Assembly (NCBI GenBank): GCA_043228905.1
Contig: JBHGNT010000005.1
Location: 9,920,001 to 9,984,000, forward strand
DNA: 64,000 bases
Direction of reading: 5' to 3'
Source of the DNA: Azolla caroliniana
Lineage: Eukaryota; Plantae; Polypodiophyta
Of the stretch, positions 48,601 to 60,395 are shown piece by piece; position 1 is the stretch's first letter, and every line of letters starts with the position of its first letter. The position numbers were made by a program, and so were the translations under genes. The notes beneath the pieces are model-generated. The model had not been told where the DNA came from. It made no database searches and saw only the letters and a list, made by a program, of their open reading frames with translations.

Positions 48601-49598
48601 TTCTAGGAGTCGGCCTTCGAACTCCTCCCAGGTACGGCTCTCCGCCCGTACCTCGAGCACCTCCGCATGGATGCTCGGCATCGCCACTCGAGGGAACCCG
48701 GCAAGACGCCTCTCTTCCGGAATGTCCCGCATTAGCATTTCTGCCCCGTAGGACGCCAAATACTTCGTAGCATCCTTTCCGCTGAACCGGCCGATCGTAC
48801 CGATGACCACCTCAATGGCTCTGTCGAGGGCGCCGGTGCCCTCGCGTGCGCTCAATATCCGATCCACGGCCGAAGCCATGGCCTCCGCAAGATCTGACCC
48901 CTTCATCTTCTGCTCTTCTGCCGCCTCCTTCACGTCGGGTTCACCAAGATGTCGAGGTATTCCTCACGGATGCGTGGAATGAGGCGGGACCTCGGGGGTC
49001 TTGTACCGACGAGCAAGAGAGAAAGGAGAAGGGAAGGGACCCACTACGTGCAAGCGTAGATCCACAGGGACAGTGCCCTTCGACACGAAGACGCGAGCGG
49101 GGAAACCAACACAGAGAGGCACGAAGGTATGTATGTATATATTAACAGAGACAAACAACAACAAGCACGAAGTCGGTTACAACCGAACAGGCCGGCGAAC
49201 AGATGCCGATGCCTGTTCGCAAACGCTCAAAAAGAAAAGGGGTAGGTTGGAGGTGCTGCCAGAAGCACTCGGGCATTCCTCAGAGCAGCGCGAGCCTCCC
49301 GAAAACCTGCACAGAAAGAAGCTATGGAGTATTGGAAGAGAGAGAAGCCTTCCCCCAACAACCCAACAGCACTTCGTCCTCTCTTACTCCGCTATCCCGT
49401 CCTCCTCCTCGTCTCCCCCCTTTTATAGGCAAGAAAGGAGCCGTTTCCCATTAACTTCCTTTCTTCCGAATCTACCTACCCAGGAACTTCTATGTACCTA
49501 ATTCTCTCTTATGTACAACATAAGGCACACGTGCATGAAGAGCTAGTTCCTACGCTCCGGTGCACCGTTTCCGCTTGTGGACGGTTTTCTTCACGACA
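42612..49598 (-). mobile_element. Full-length tRNA-Trp-primed gypsy element (copy 2), youngest datable LTR element
   Basis: 649-bp LTRs 42612-43260 and 48950-49598 (about 12 mismatches by eye); 4-bp TSD ACGG; PBS 48929-48946; PPT 43261-43277. Confidence 0.96.
43334..48933 (-). pseudogene. gag-PR and RT-RH-INT of gypsy copy 2 (a few stops and frameshifts)
   Basis: ORFs 47962-48933, 46725-47792, 45488-46693, 44444-45481 and 43334-44275, homologous to 1-5950. Confidence 0.94.
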
Positions 49599-50431
49599 AC
49601 GGACTCGAGCCTCGATCGACGTCCCATACCACCGCCGTGGCGTTGAGTCGTACTTGGTGTTGTTGCGCTCGCTACAAGAGTTGACCCACCACAAGACAGA
49701 GTCTCGACGTAGTCAACAAGATAATGAAATGAGGGTAGCTAGGCCTCTATTTATAGCGATACCCAAGGCCCCCAGCCATGTTCACACTTGGCCTAATGGG
49801 TTGTCTCAATCCCGAGGATTTAAAAGTAATCCTCACCTTCTTTACACTCTCGTTTAACCCTCACACTTATCCATGTGTATAGAATACTATGGTAAATTCT
49901 TACCACAGGATATTATATGGTCATGCCCGTAACACCGGCTCTACTGTGATTGTGGAAGTGCCATCCACCTTGCAAAGAACGCAACCTACCATTCCCGGAC
50001 GAAACATATCCAATGGAGGTACCATTAGATCCGGGAGAGAGTAGAAGATCAAGAGTTCGTGTTGTCGAAGATCCACACCGAGGAGAACAGGTCGGATATG
50101 CTGACCAAGGTGTTGACGACCGACAAGCTAGACGTGTGCCGAAAGAGGATTAGGCTAACGAGACATCCCATGCCGAAGTGAAGGGGGAGATTGTTGGGAA
50201 ATCGGTCCCTCCGGATGGGATCCAATTATAAATGAAGAGATCCGGAAACCAGATCGGATGGACCCGGTGAGCCGGAAGTGAAGACATATTGTAAATAGGT
50301 TTTGAGTAAGCCTATTGAGGCTATATTTGTAAATAACCCTAAGTTCATATAAGTATAAATATGACTTAGGCCAATCACTTTTACGTAGTAGTGGTGGTTG
50401 TCATATTGTTGTATGTGCATAACTACTGTAT

Positions 50432-50476
<45 letters not shown>

Positions 50477-50773
50477 CAGAGTGATACTTTGTTGTAACCA
50501 CCGGCTGGCGAAGATACAGAGCTCAAGGTCATTGCCCTCGAGTCTCTGTATGTACCTTTCTTATATAGGGATAGTTTGGAGTCTGTGGGCTCCCGTGGTT
50601 TTTCGCATTAGGGTTTTCCACGTAAATATTTTGTGTACCCTCTCCTTCCCGTTTTTGTGTTTCATTCCCATTTCTGGGATTCAAGACTCGGTTGTGGCCG
50701 GGCAAGTGTCATAGTTCGACATCTGGGATTTCACTTCGATCAGGCTCGTCTCTTCTAGTGTCATAGTTCGACA

Positions 50774-53361
50774 TCTTCTTCTTCTCCTTTTCCATGCGTG
50801 TCATCCAGTTGACCATTCCGGCTCAACCAGTTCGGATTTGGTCCACTAATCTAGAGAGAGGTTAGACTATCTGACTGTTCGGATTCCATGACACTTCTCT
50901 CTGTTTCGGATTACACTGGATCATCAACAGCAATCCGCTCGGACTCGGGTGGAGAGAAGTACCAGGATGCCGATTCATCGAAAACGACATCTCGGCTAAC
51001 TCAAACTACTTTCGATCGGGGGTTATAACACTTATAACCCTTCTGTTCATCCGAATAGCCAACGAGAATGCAATTTTCAGCTTTCGCAACTAACCTCCTC
51101 CGTTTTTCCTTCGGTACATGCACATATGCAATGCTACCGAAAAGCCGAAGGTGTGCCAAATTCGGCCTTCATTCGAAATACAGTTCGTGCGGTCACACCT
51201 TTGTCCTGAGTCAGATATTCGATTCTAGATGTAGACGACTGTCCGAATCACTTCGGCCCAATAAAATTTGGGCATGCTTTTCTCCCCAAGCATCGCCCTT
51301 GCCGACTCTACCAGCGTTCTGCTCCGGTGTGTATCTGCAGGAGAATTCCCATCGAATTCCCTTTGTCTGCAGATAGCTCCGACTCTTCTCGTTGGGGAAT
51401 GGTAGCCTATCCTGCTTCCCGAGTTGGCAAGCTTCACATATTTGGCCTTTTCGGCCATTGAACTTCGGCAGTCCGGAAACCACGTGTTTCAACTGCAGCT
51501 CATGAAGCTTCCAAAAATTGATGTGGATGATCCACTTGTGCCACAAGTCGATGTTCAACTTGACCTTCTGCCCTTTCGCAAACATAGCGGTGCTGATTTC
51601 GTTTGTGTCGAGGATGAACATCCTCCCGTCCTGGCACCCTTGCATGATGACTTGGACCTCTTCTTCGATGAAGCACCCGAGGTGCATGAACCGAACCTTC
51701 ATCCCTTGATCGACAATCTGTTCGACTAACACCAGATTCTTTGTGATTGTCAGGATGTGCAAGACATTCATAAGCTTTCCCTTCTTCCCGACATGGTTGA
51801 GGGGAACGTCACCGATGTGCTCGATGGTATGCGGAGTGTCGTCTCCGATTTCGACCACCTTTGACGCTCTGGAATCAATGTACCATACCTCGTTCGGTTT
51901 CGAGGAGTTTGTCTTCATCGAGTTAGCCTTGTGTTTCATCACAAAGGTTGGGCCCAATCCATTTCTGGAACCGGATCCTTCCGGTCCTTCCTCGTAGTGT
52001 GAGCTTTGCCGTCTTCCCCAACCGGCCTTGCCGGATCCGAATTTGTCTGAATCGGCGTGCTTCTTCCAACACTCGCTCTCTCTGTGGCCCTTTCCGGCCA
52101 TAATACCAACTTTCCGTTGTGGTCTTCTCTTGCCGGTTTCCGTCGCCGCTTTACTCCCCCTACTTCCGGAGGGTCCGGAACTGTTGTCGGCATCATCCTT
52201 GTGCCTTCAGTTTAGCTTTTGTGGGCTGCTTCTACCACGTGCCAATCCCCCTCCGTGTACAACATCTTATTGTTGGTGTGCGTGCTCATTGACGCACACA
52301 CGCGGTTCTCCTCTATTAGGAGCATCAATTGTAAGTCGAAAAACGAGGGTGTATTCTCCCTTGTACAGACCGCCGTCTGGAATGCTCCAAACTTTGACGC
52401 CAAGCCCCCGAGACAATCTTGCACCATCTCATCTTCCTTGACGGTTACGTTGATAGAGGTAAGTAAGTCGCAGATGTCTTTGATTCGGGCTGTGTAGTCG
52501 GCCACTGACATGTCTCTCTGTCGGACATTGCTCAACTCCTATCGGAGTTGCAGCGAAAACCTTTTTCAGGTGTCCCCAAGCTTCATTCGGCGTCTTGGCC
52601 TCCCGGATATGGCTGAACAACTGATCTTCGACACTAGAGGCAAAGCAGTACATAACTCTGCTTGCCGCTTGTTCCCAAGTTGAGAAGTCCCTATGTGCCG
52701 CATCAGGTGCCGTATTGTTGGCTTCGTCGAAATAACTCCAATAACCATGCCTCAACAAGTATTGGTGCATCTTGTACGACCAACATATATAGTTGGATCT
52801 ATTGAGCTTCTCCGTCGAAAGCGAGCTAGCCATTCCTCGGTCCATATTTTTCTTTAGTCTGTTCTTTACCGGGTGTGAGGGTTTGTCTTCAGAAAAACGC
52901 TTCTCGGCTATAGAGGTTCTAAACCATCGCGCTCTAATACCATGTAAAAGAATACAGAAGCTAAGACATAAATGTCACTTCAGGATAGATAAAGAATGAA
53001 GACATGGGGTTTAATGGAAACCTTAAACGGGAGAGACAGAGTTAGAGTAGAACACAACTCAATTCAAAATAATAATAATGCTTTGTATATAAGGTGTGCT
53101 CGGTGGGCACTTTTATACAAGTTCATGAAAGGACTGACAGAAGTACTGACATGTACTTCAATGCTCATACGAGCGACTAACACTAACTCCATGGAATTTG
53201 CCTACGTACTAGGCTAGGATTGTAGGCCTCTAACAGCCTACCGGTTATAATCCAGTCGGTTTATCCAATCTGGATCTTAGTTCTGGATACCAATCCAGAT
53301 ACCTATCCGGTTCTCCGATACGGATACCGATCCAGATCCGGTTGAACTTGTTCGCTCGATA
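50774..53361 (-). mobile_element. Ty1/copia element, 5' half (gag-PR-partly deleted INT; 5' LTR about 52944-53361)
   Basis: ORFs 52429-52845 and 51211-52101 (WYIDS, LWH, CEACQLGKQ); PBS TGGTATTAGAGC at 52932-52943. Confidence 0.87.
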
Positions 53362-56300
53362 ACTCTCCCAAATCAGCAAGCAATCTTCTGATCCATACTT
53401 CTTCACATGTAACTATTGCAGCTCCTCTACATTCAGCTTCAGTACTTGATAATGCAAGAATATCTTGTTTCTTGCTACTCCATGAAATAGCTACACTTCC
53501 CAATGTAAACATGTATCCACTCGTGGATCTTCTATTAGTTTGGCTTCCAACCCAATCAACATCTGTATATCCTTCTAACTTGATGTTCCATAGTTTTGAG
53601 TAGCTTTTACATACCTCAAAATTCTTCTAATGCAATCCAAATGTGCCTTTATTGGTTACTGCATAAATGGCTAACTAATCCAATTGCATAACTTAAATCA
53701 CGTCTTGTTATAGTCAAGTATATGAGGATGCCCACCATAGACCTATACATGTTCACATCTACAATTTTTGTTCCCAAATCAGCCCTCAATTTGCAGTTCT
53801 TATCCAATGGTACATCAATAGGTTTGCATCCAAGCATTCCATACTTATTCAACACATTTGTTACATACTATTTTTGCAGCATAGATATTCCACTTTCAGA
53901 TCTAATTATCTCAATACTAAGAAAGTATTTCAGCTCTCCCAAATCCTTCATATGAAATTGCATTTCTAGATTTTTCTTGAGCTTGCTTACTTCATCCATA
54001 GAGTCACCTCCAATGATTAAATCATCAACATAAATCAAATCACAACAGTGCAGTCATTCACAATCTTTACATACAATGATGGATTAGCCTTTGACATTTT
54101 GAAAGAAATTTTTATCAGAGATTTTGAAAGTTTCTTGTGTAATGCTCTTGGTGCTTGTTTTAGTCCATTGAGAGCCCTTTTTAGCTTACAAACATATTCT
54201 GGATGCTTCTTATCTTCAAATCTTGGTGCTTGACACATGTATACTTCCTCTTCTAAGTTACCATGTATAAAGGCATTTTTTACATCCATATGGTGCAGAA
54301 CCCATCTTTTAGCTGCACTTACAACAAGTAGTGTCCTCAAGGTTGCCATTTTTGCAACTGGTGCAAATGTCTCATCATAATCAATTCCTTGCATTTGGGC
54401 ATATCCCTTTGCAACAATCTTGCTTTATGTCTACTTACATTCCCATTTGAATCATGCTTTGTTTTGTAGACCCATTTGCAACCTACATCATTTTTTCCTA
54501 TTGGCAATTTTACCAAATCCCATGTTTTATTTTCAGCCAATGCATCTATTTCTTCTTGCATTGCATTCACTCATTTCTTCTCAGCTTTTGTTTCTTCAAA
54601 ACTATTTGGATCAAGGATTTGTACCACTTTAGACATATATCCATAATGCAAAGCCATGTATGTATCATAACCATATCTTTCAATAGATTGTTTTCTCTCT
54701 ATCTGATCTCTAATTTGCATCATTAATTGCTCTTTCAACACCAGGGATTTTCAAGACTTGTGTACCCAATTCTTCATCCAATGATACATCTGAATCTACA
54801 TCTTCTATGTTTCTAGATCCTGCATCAAACATTTCAAATTCTAGCATCTTATGTTTTCCCTTTTTATCATCATATTTTTTATGTCTTGCATTTTCCCACT
54901 CCAAGCATTTGAATTAGATTTACTACCAGAGTTTTCAGATGGTCCAATACATAATGTCGATGTTGGACTTTGTTGTCCAACCTTATTTCCATTTCTATGG
55001 CAATCCCTTTCATTTTCAGATTTATTTCTATCTTCATTTTCATTGTCTTCATCAGCTTCAACATTTTGTTTTGGGTTGTACCAACTGCCCAACTCATCAA
55101 ATATCACATCACGGCTTACTACAATCTTTTTTGTCAAAGGGTTATAACATCTATACTTTTTTGGCTCCTCTGAATATCCCACAAAAAGACATTTTTCAGC
55201 CTTTGCATCAAGCTTACTTCTTACTTCAATAGGTACATGAACATAAGCAAGGCATCCAAACATTTTAAAATGTCTTGAACTAGGTTTCCTGCCATAGAAA
55301 CATTCTTCAGGAGTTACTACATGTATTCCAGATGTTATGCATCTATTTAGAATATAGTTTGTTGTATTTACAACCTCAACCCAGTAATACAATAACATAT
55401 TTTTTTCAATCATCAAAGCTCTTCCTATGTTTACCGAAGTTCTGTTTTTCCTCTCAACCACTCCATTTTGGTGTGGAGTATATCTACATGTGAACTGTCT
55501 CCTTATTCCTTGATTCAATAGAAAATTAGAGAATTCATTTGAGAAGTATTCTCTTCCTCCATCGGACCTTAAGCATTTTATCCTAGTTCCGGCTTGCTTT
55601 TCTACCATGCATTTGAACTTACGAAAACACTCAAATACTTCAATCTTCTCTTTCATGAAGTAAACCCATGTTTTCCTTTAGCAATCATCAATGAATGTTA
55701 CATAAAACCTACAGCCACCAATTGAGGTATTTTTTGTAGGTCCCCATACATCTATATGTACCAAATCCAACAAGTTTTTGCTTATATCTCCTTCATATGG
55801 AAGCTTACTTCTTACTTCAATATGGAAACCTTTTTTGGCTCCTTTGAATATCCCACAAAAAGACATTTTTCAGCCTTTTGCTTATATCTCCTTCATGAAG
55901 AAAAATATGTGAAGCATGTCAATATCCACATCTAAGAAAAACATTCTTCCTTTTGCTATCAACTTACCATTTTTCTCTATATAAAGCATCCACTTTTCTT
56001 AAACTTTACTTGCATTCCTTGCTCTACTATCTGTCCGACAAAAATCAGATTTTTTGCAAGATTTGGAACATGCATAACATTCAACATATACTTTGCTTTT
56101 CCTCTTTCTTCCCACAATGGAATATCTCCTACATGTTGGATTGTATGAGTTGTATTGTCACCTATCTGTACATAACCAAGAATATCTGGTTCTCTTAAAG
56201 TTTGAAACCAATTTGCATGTCCTATCATATGATTAGATGCCCCAGAATCTACATACCACATATAATCTTCATTACATCTCTGTGAACTTTTAGCCATTGC

Positions 56301-57223
56301 TGCTATCTCATGTTGCATCACAAAAGCACCCTCTTTGTCATCGTTTTTACTAGTTGAAGCTAGTGAAAACGTTTTCACCCTCTTTAGTTCAATTTTCAAT
56401 TGAAGTTTTCTTGCCTTTGTATTTACTACGAACAATTTCACCAAATTGTCCCAAGCCTCCTTTGGAAGTAGAACATCTTGTATTAGTCCACGCATAGAAT
56501 CTAAGATGCTAAATGATAGCCAATGCAACATTTTTCTTGCCACTTGATTCCAATCTTCAAATGCTTTGATTTGTGCAGCAATTGTATTTTCTTTAGGGAT
56601 CTCTGGAGCCTCTTCTAGGTCTCCTTCAATGTAATCCCAATAACCTTTTCCCATCATGGAATTTTTCATTATGAATTTCCATGCAAGGAAATTGTTTTTA
56701 TCCAGTTTTTTTGTGACTATTTGGCTTCCATTTTCTGCAGCAATCTCTCTTTCAATTTAGGGCTTTAGCTATGATTAAGTTCAACAAGAAAGTCTCTGAT
56801 TCAGATCAGCGAACAAAAGAAATTCTCTCAGATCTGTATGACTCAAGAGCAATTGTGCTGAGATACCATGTTAAGAAAGCGCTACGGCTCTTCTTAGTGC
56901 AACAACGGACACGTGATGTGCAAGATCGTTTAGGTCTCAAGAGAGAAAGAAAGGGGGAAGGAGACTCACCTCCGTAGCAACCCAAAAACTTTTGTTTCAT
57001 TACACAGAAAACAACCTCTCTCATCTGTCTACTTACTTTTTTTCTCTCACTCTTACCTTTACCTAAGTATATTAGTAACTTACATATTCAGTTAATTAGC
57101 TGTGAGTAGTAAATAGATGTTTTACCTATACGTCGAACAATAGCTAATTCCCTAATAACTACTATGGAAGATCTCAATTACCAATAAGAATCACATTGCT
57201 TTTGTTGAGCTTTTTTCTTAACA
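53362..57223 (-). mobile_element. AT-rich Ty1/copia element (gag-PR-INT-RT-RH; 5' LTR 56869-57223)
   Basis: WYVDSGASNHM, LRSDGGREY, ETFAPVAK and SSTEAE; LTR TGTTAAGAAA...TTTCTTAACA; Met-type PBS at 56857-56868. Confidence 0.9.
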
Positions 57224-57234
57224 CCCCTCAGATT

Positions 57235-58011
57235 TGTCTTTGTTAAACGCATGCAAGGGTGGAGTGCTTCGCTCGTTCGCCAAGAGTCATGCCGACTCAA
57301 AGAAGTCCACTCTGATTGCTTCCTCTTCGGATACCATGTCGTCTTCTCCTTCGAACCGTGCTCTCGAGAGCATATATCAGCCATGGTATTGTCTTTCCCG
57401 GAAATGTGTCCAATTTATGGATTAAGGGACTTGATGTATGCGACCCATCTGAGCATAGCCAAATCCGGAGTCGCACATCTGGATAGCATCCCGAGAATCT
57501 AGAGACAATCTATCTCAATAATCATCTCTATCTCGATTAAGTAGTCCTTGTCAGCCTTCATCGTTAAAACGATACCCCACAACTCCCGCTTGACTTGGGC
57601 ATATCCTTGATACCGCTTGTTCAGTATCTTTGCTCCGAACCGAATGGAGAACCTCACTCTGCCTTCGTACTCCTAGTTGATCACCCACCCGCTTCTAGTC
57701 AGAATCATGTTGACCGTCATGTATATCAGGGACTCCTTCCCATAGTTCACCTTCCGGAGCGTTGGGGCAACCGTCAACATTTCCTTCAATATTTTCATAG
57801 CCTCTCAATGCTCCTGTCCCCATTCGAACTTCCGCCCTTTCTTTAGTAAGCCACAGAGTGGTTCGATGATATGGGCATAATGGGGAATCTAAATGTTGTA
57901 GAAGGTGCATGCTCCCAGGAATCGTCGAACCTCCGTGGTCAACTTGTACTCCTCCTTCATCGTTAAGATGGTCTCGACTTTAGCCAGAGATAGTTTCTGA
58001 TCGTAGGGTCC
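57235..58011 (-). pseudogene. RNase H fragment of the Trp-primed gypsy lineage
   Basis: Nucleotide colinearity with about 44700-45460 and 1120-1880. Confidence 0.85.
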
Positions 58012-59690
58012 TATTGAGAAGCAAGCTTAACATGGCCTGGATTGGTTGAATAAGCAGAGAGCTTGATCAGTTAGGCCCGGATCAGATTGGAGAACTGGAT
58101 CCGCGGGGAGTCGGTAGATTGTTAGAGGTCTACGATTCTAGTTTAGTAGGTAGTTATATTTTTGGGAGTTAGTGTTAGTAACTCATTCATAAGCATTGAA
58201 GTACTTGTCAATACTTCTATCAGTCGTTGAAGTACTTGTATAAAAGTGTGCTCCGAGCACCTTTGTATGTACAAAGCATATTATTGTTTTGAATTGATTT
58301 TAGTCTTCTGCTCTCTCTGTCTCTCCCGTATATTGTGTATCTCCATTGTTTTCTTTGTTGCTATCCGGCTGAGCTGGTTCTGTTCTATTTAGTTTCCGTA
58401 CTTAAATCTTTTCATGGTATAAGAGTGCAAGGGTTGAAAATCCTCTATTTCCGACAAGCATTTCAACACAGAAAAACCCTAATCTCCAGACAAGAACAAA
58501 CAAGAAGAAAATGGATAGAGGAATGGGTGGTGCTCTTCCAACAAAGAAGTTTGACAGAAGCAACTATGCATCTTGGGAGTACAAGATGCACCAATACGTG
58601 CTCGGGCATGGCTATTAGAGTTACATCCATGGAGAAAACGAGGTACCTCCAGAATTGACACACAATGATTTTCCAACATGGGAGCAGTTGGCAAGCAGAG
58701 TCTTGTACTACCTTGCGTCCTGTCTGCACGATCAGATGTTGGGCTATAGTCGGGATGCAAAAATGCCAAAGGAGGCCTAGGAAAATCTAAAGAAGATTTT
58801 CACTGCAAGTATCACGGCCCGGAAGTTCCAACTTCGCTAAGAGTTCAACAATATCCAACGGAGGGATATGACGGTGACTGACTACACCACCAAAATCAAG
58901 GAAATCTGCACAATGGTATAGATTTCCTTGATTTGCTTCTGTTCAACAATCAATGTGATGGTGGATGAGGACGAAATGGTATAGATTTGCTTCGGTGGTC
59001 TAGGTCAAAGGTACGGGCCGATCCGAACGACTATCTGCACAAGGGAGAAACCATTCTCTTTTTCCGACCTACAATCGATGCCTATGGTCGAAGAAAACCA
59101 TGCAGGTGTGTCAAGCAGCACACAATCTAACAATCGGATGTTGTACACAGAGGCAGATAGGACCCATGGTGATGGGGAATGTGGTGGATCGGCACGTAAT
59201 GGTGGCGGCCGTCAAGAGCAAAATCAGAGGGATATTCGACATGCTAATAACAGTTCCAAACCCTTCACGAGCAGGGGGAGTCAAGACGGTGGCGGAAACC
59301 GGCAAGTAAAGGCCGCGATGAAATGTTGATATTGTGCCTTGAAAGGCCATAGAGAAAGCAAGTACTAAAGAAGAAGGTGGATCAGCACGCAATGGTGGCA
59401 GCCGTCAAGAGTAAAATCAGAGGCATATTCGACATGCCAATAACAATTCCAAACCCTTCACGAGCAGGGGGAGTCAAGACGGCGGTGGAAACTGGCAAGT
59501 AAAGGCCGCGATGAAATGCTGATATGCTCGGAAAGGCCATAGAGAACGCGAGTACTAAAGAAGAAGGCAGATTCGGATAAATCTGGATCAGGCAGAGCCA
59601 AATAGGGAACAACCAAGGGTCGTCGAAACTGGTGACGACACCTCACATCCCATCGAGCATGTCGGTGATGTTCCCCTGAGCCTAGGCAGA
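58012..59690 (+). mobile_element. Copia 5' LTR (about 58012-58413), PBS and decayed gag with about 193-bp internal duplication
   Basis: TGGTAT at 58414; MDRGMGGALPTKKFDRSNYASWEYKMHQY is homologous to the gag at 52845; repeat starts at 59192 and 59385. Confidence 0.85.
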
Positions 59691-59704
59691 TGTATGGGGA
59701 CCAT

Positions 59705-60395
59705 TGTTGTGAAAATACAACAAGGAGGACCCCGGGGCCTCTGACCTGAGGATATCATATTCGTGCGTTTATACTTTTAACAATTAACGGAAATAAGAAA
59801 AATTGCTATTTTTCTTATTTCCGTTAAGTTCACGTATCCTTATCGTATTTTCACAACATCTTTGGTGAACCCGACGTGAAACGAGGCGGTAGGAGGATAT
59901 CTCATGGAGGCATATAGATACAAAGAGCCGAAGAGATGCAGCCTATACGAGTTTGACCAATGGGTATCATCATTAAAGACCCACCAAAGTGTCATGCACA
60001 CGTTCATTGAATTTGAGAGTCTCTTTGCTCAACTCTTGGAGCAGGATCGAAGATTGGTGGGGGTGAATGAATTCCTAATGTTCATGAAATTGATAAATCT
60101 GAAGGAAAGGAAGGCCATTGGAATCCGACTTGAGGATGAGATGGTGCAAATGGCCTTACTGAAAATTGGGCCTATGTTGAAAGAGTATGTCAGCAACATG
60201 ACAAGAGAAAAAGGGGAATCTTGTCGACCACATCATCTTCTACAATGGGTGATCAAAGGAGGATGAGATGTGGCAACATGCCACCACCAAAGGAAGAGAG
60301 CTCAAAGGAAGAGATTTCAACTAGGCGGATGTAACTCGGTACCACACTTGGCACATACCGATGGATGTGCAGGTTTGGTGGGGGTGAATGTTGTG
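59705..60395 (+). mobile_element. Miniature derivative of the Trp-primed gypsy: 154-bp LTR, PBS, gag fragment, PPT, 7-bp LTR stub
   Basis: TGTTGTGAAAATAC...GTATTTTCACAACA; PBS 59863-59880; ORF 59904-60266; PPT region homologous to reverse complement of 43261-43300. Confidence 0.8.

Larger units (their letters stand above)
35966..49934 (-). mobile_element. Full-length tRNA-Met-primed chromovirus (gypsy), decayed
   Basis: LTRs 35966-36420 and 42487-42611 plus 49599-49934; TSD CCGGC at 35961-35965 and 49935-49939; PPT 36423-36435; PBS TGGTATCCGAGC 42473-42484. Confidence 0.95.
33786..50773 (+). mobile_element. Tnt1-like Ty1/copia element (INT-RT-RH 33786-35965 plus 49940-50180; 3' LTR about 50192-50773), interrupted
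   Basis: KARIVVKGF, EIFAPVVK and STTEAEY; RNase H reads EYRLYCD across the insertion; PPT GAAGGGGGAGA at about 50180-50190. Confidence 0.88.

Noticed and set aside
57224-57232. PPT upstream of a 5' LTR implying a tandem copia
   Set aside because: Only 7 nt (CCCCTCA) before unrelated sequence; too short to support.
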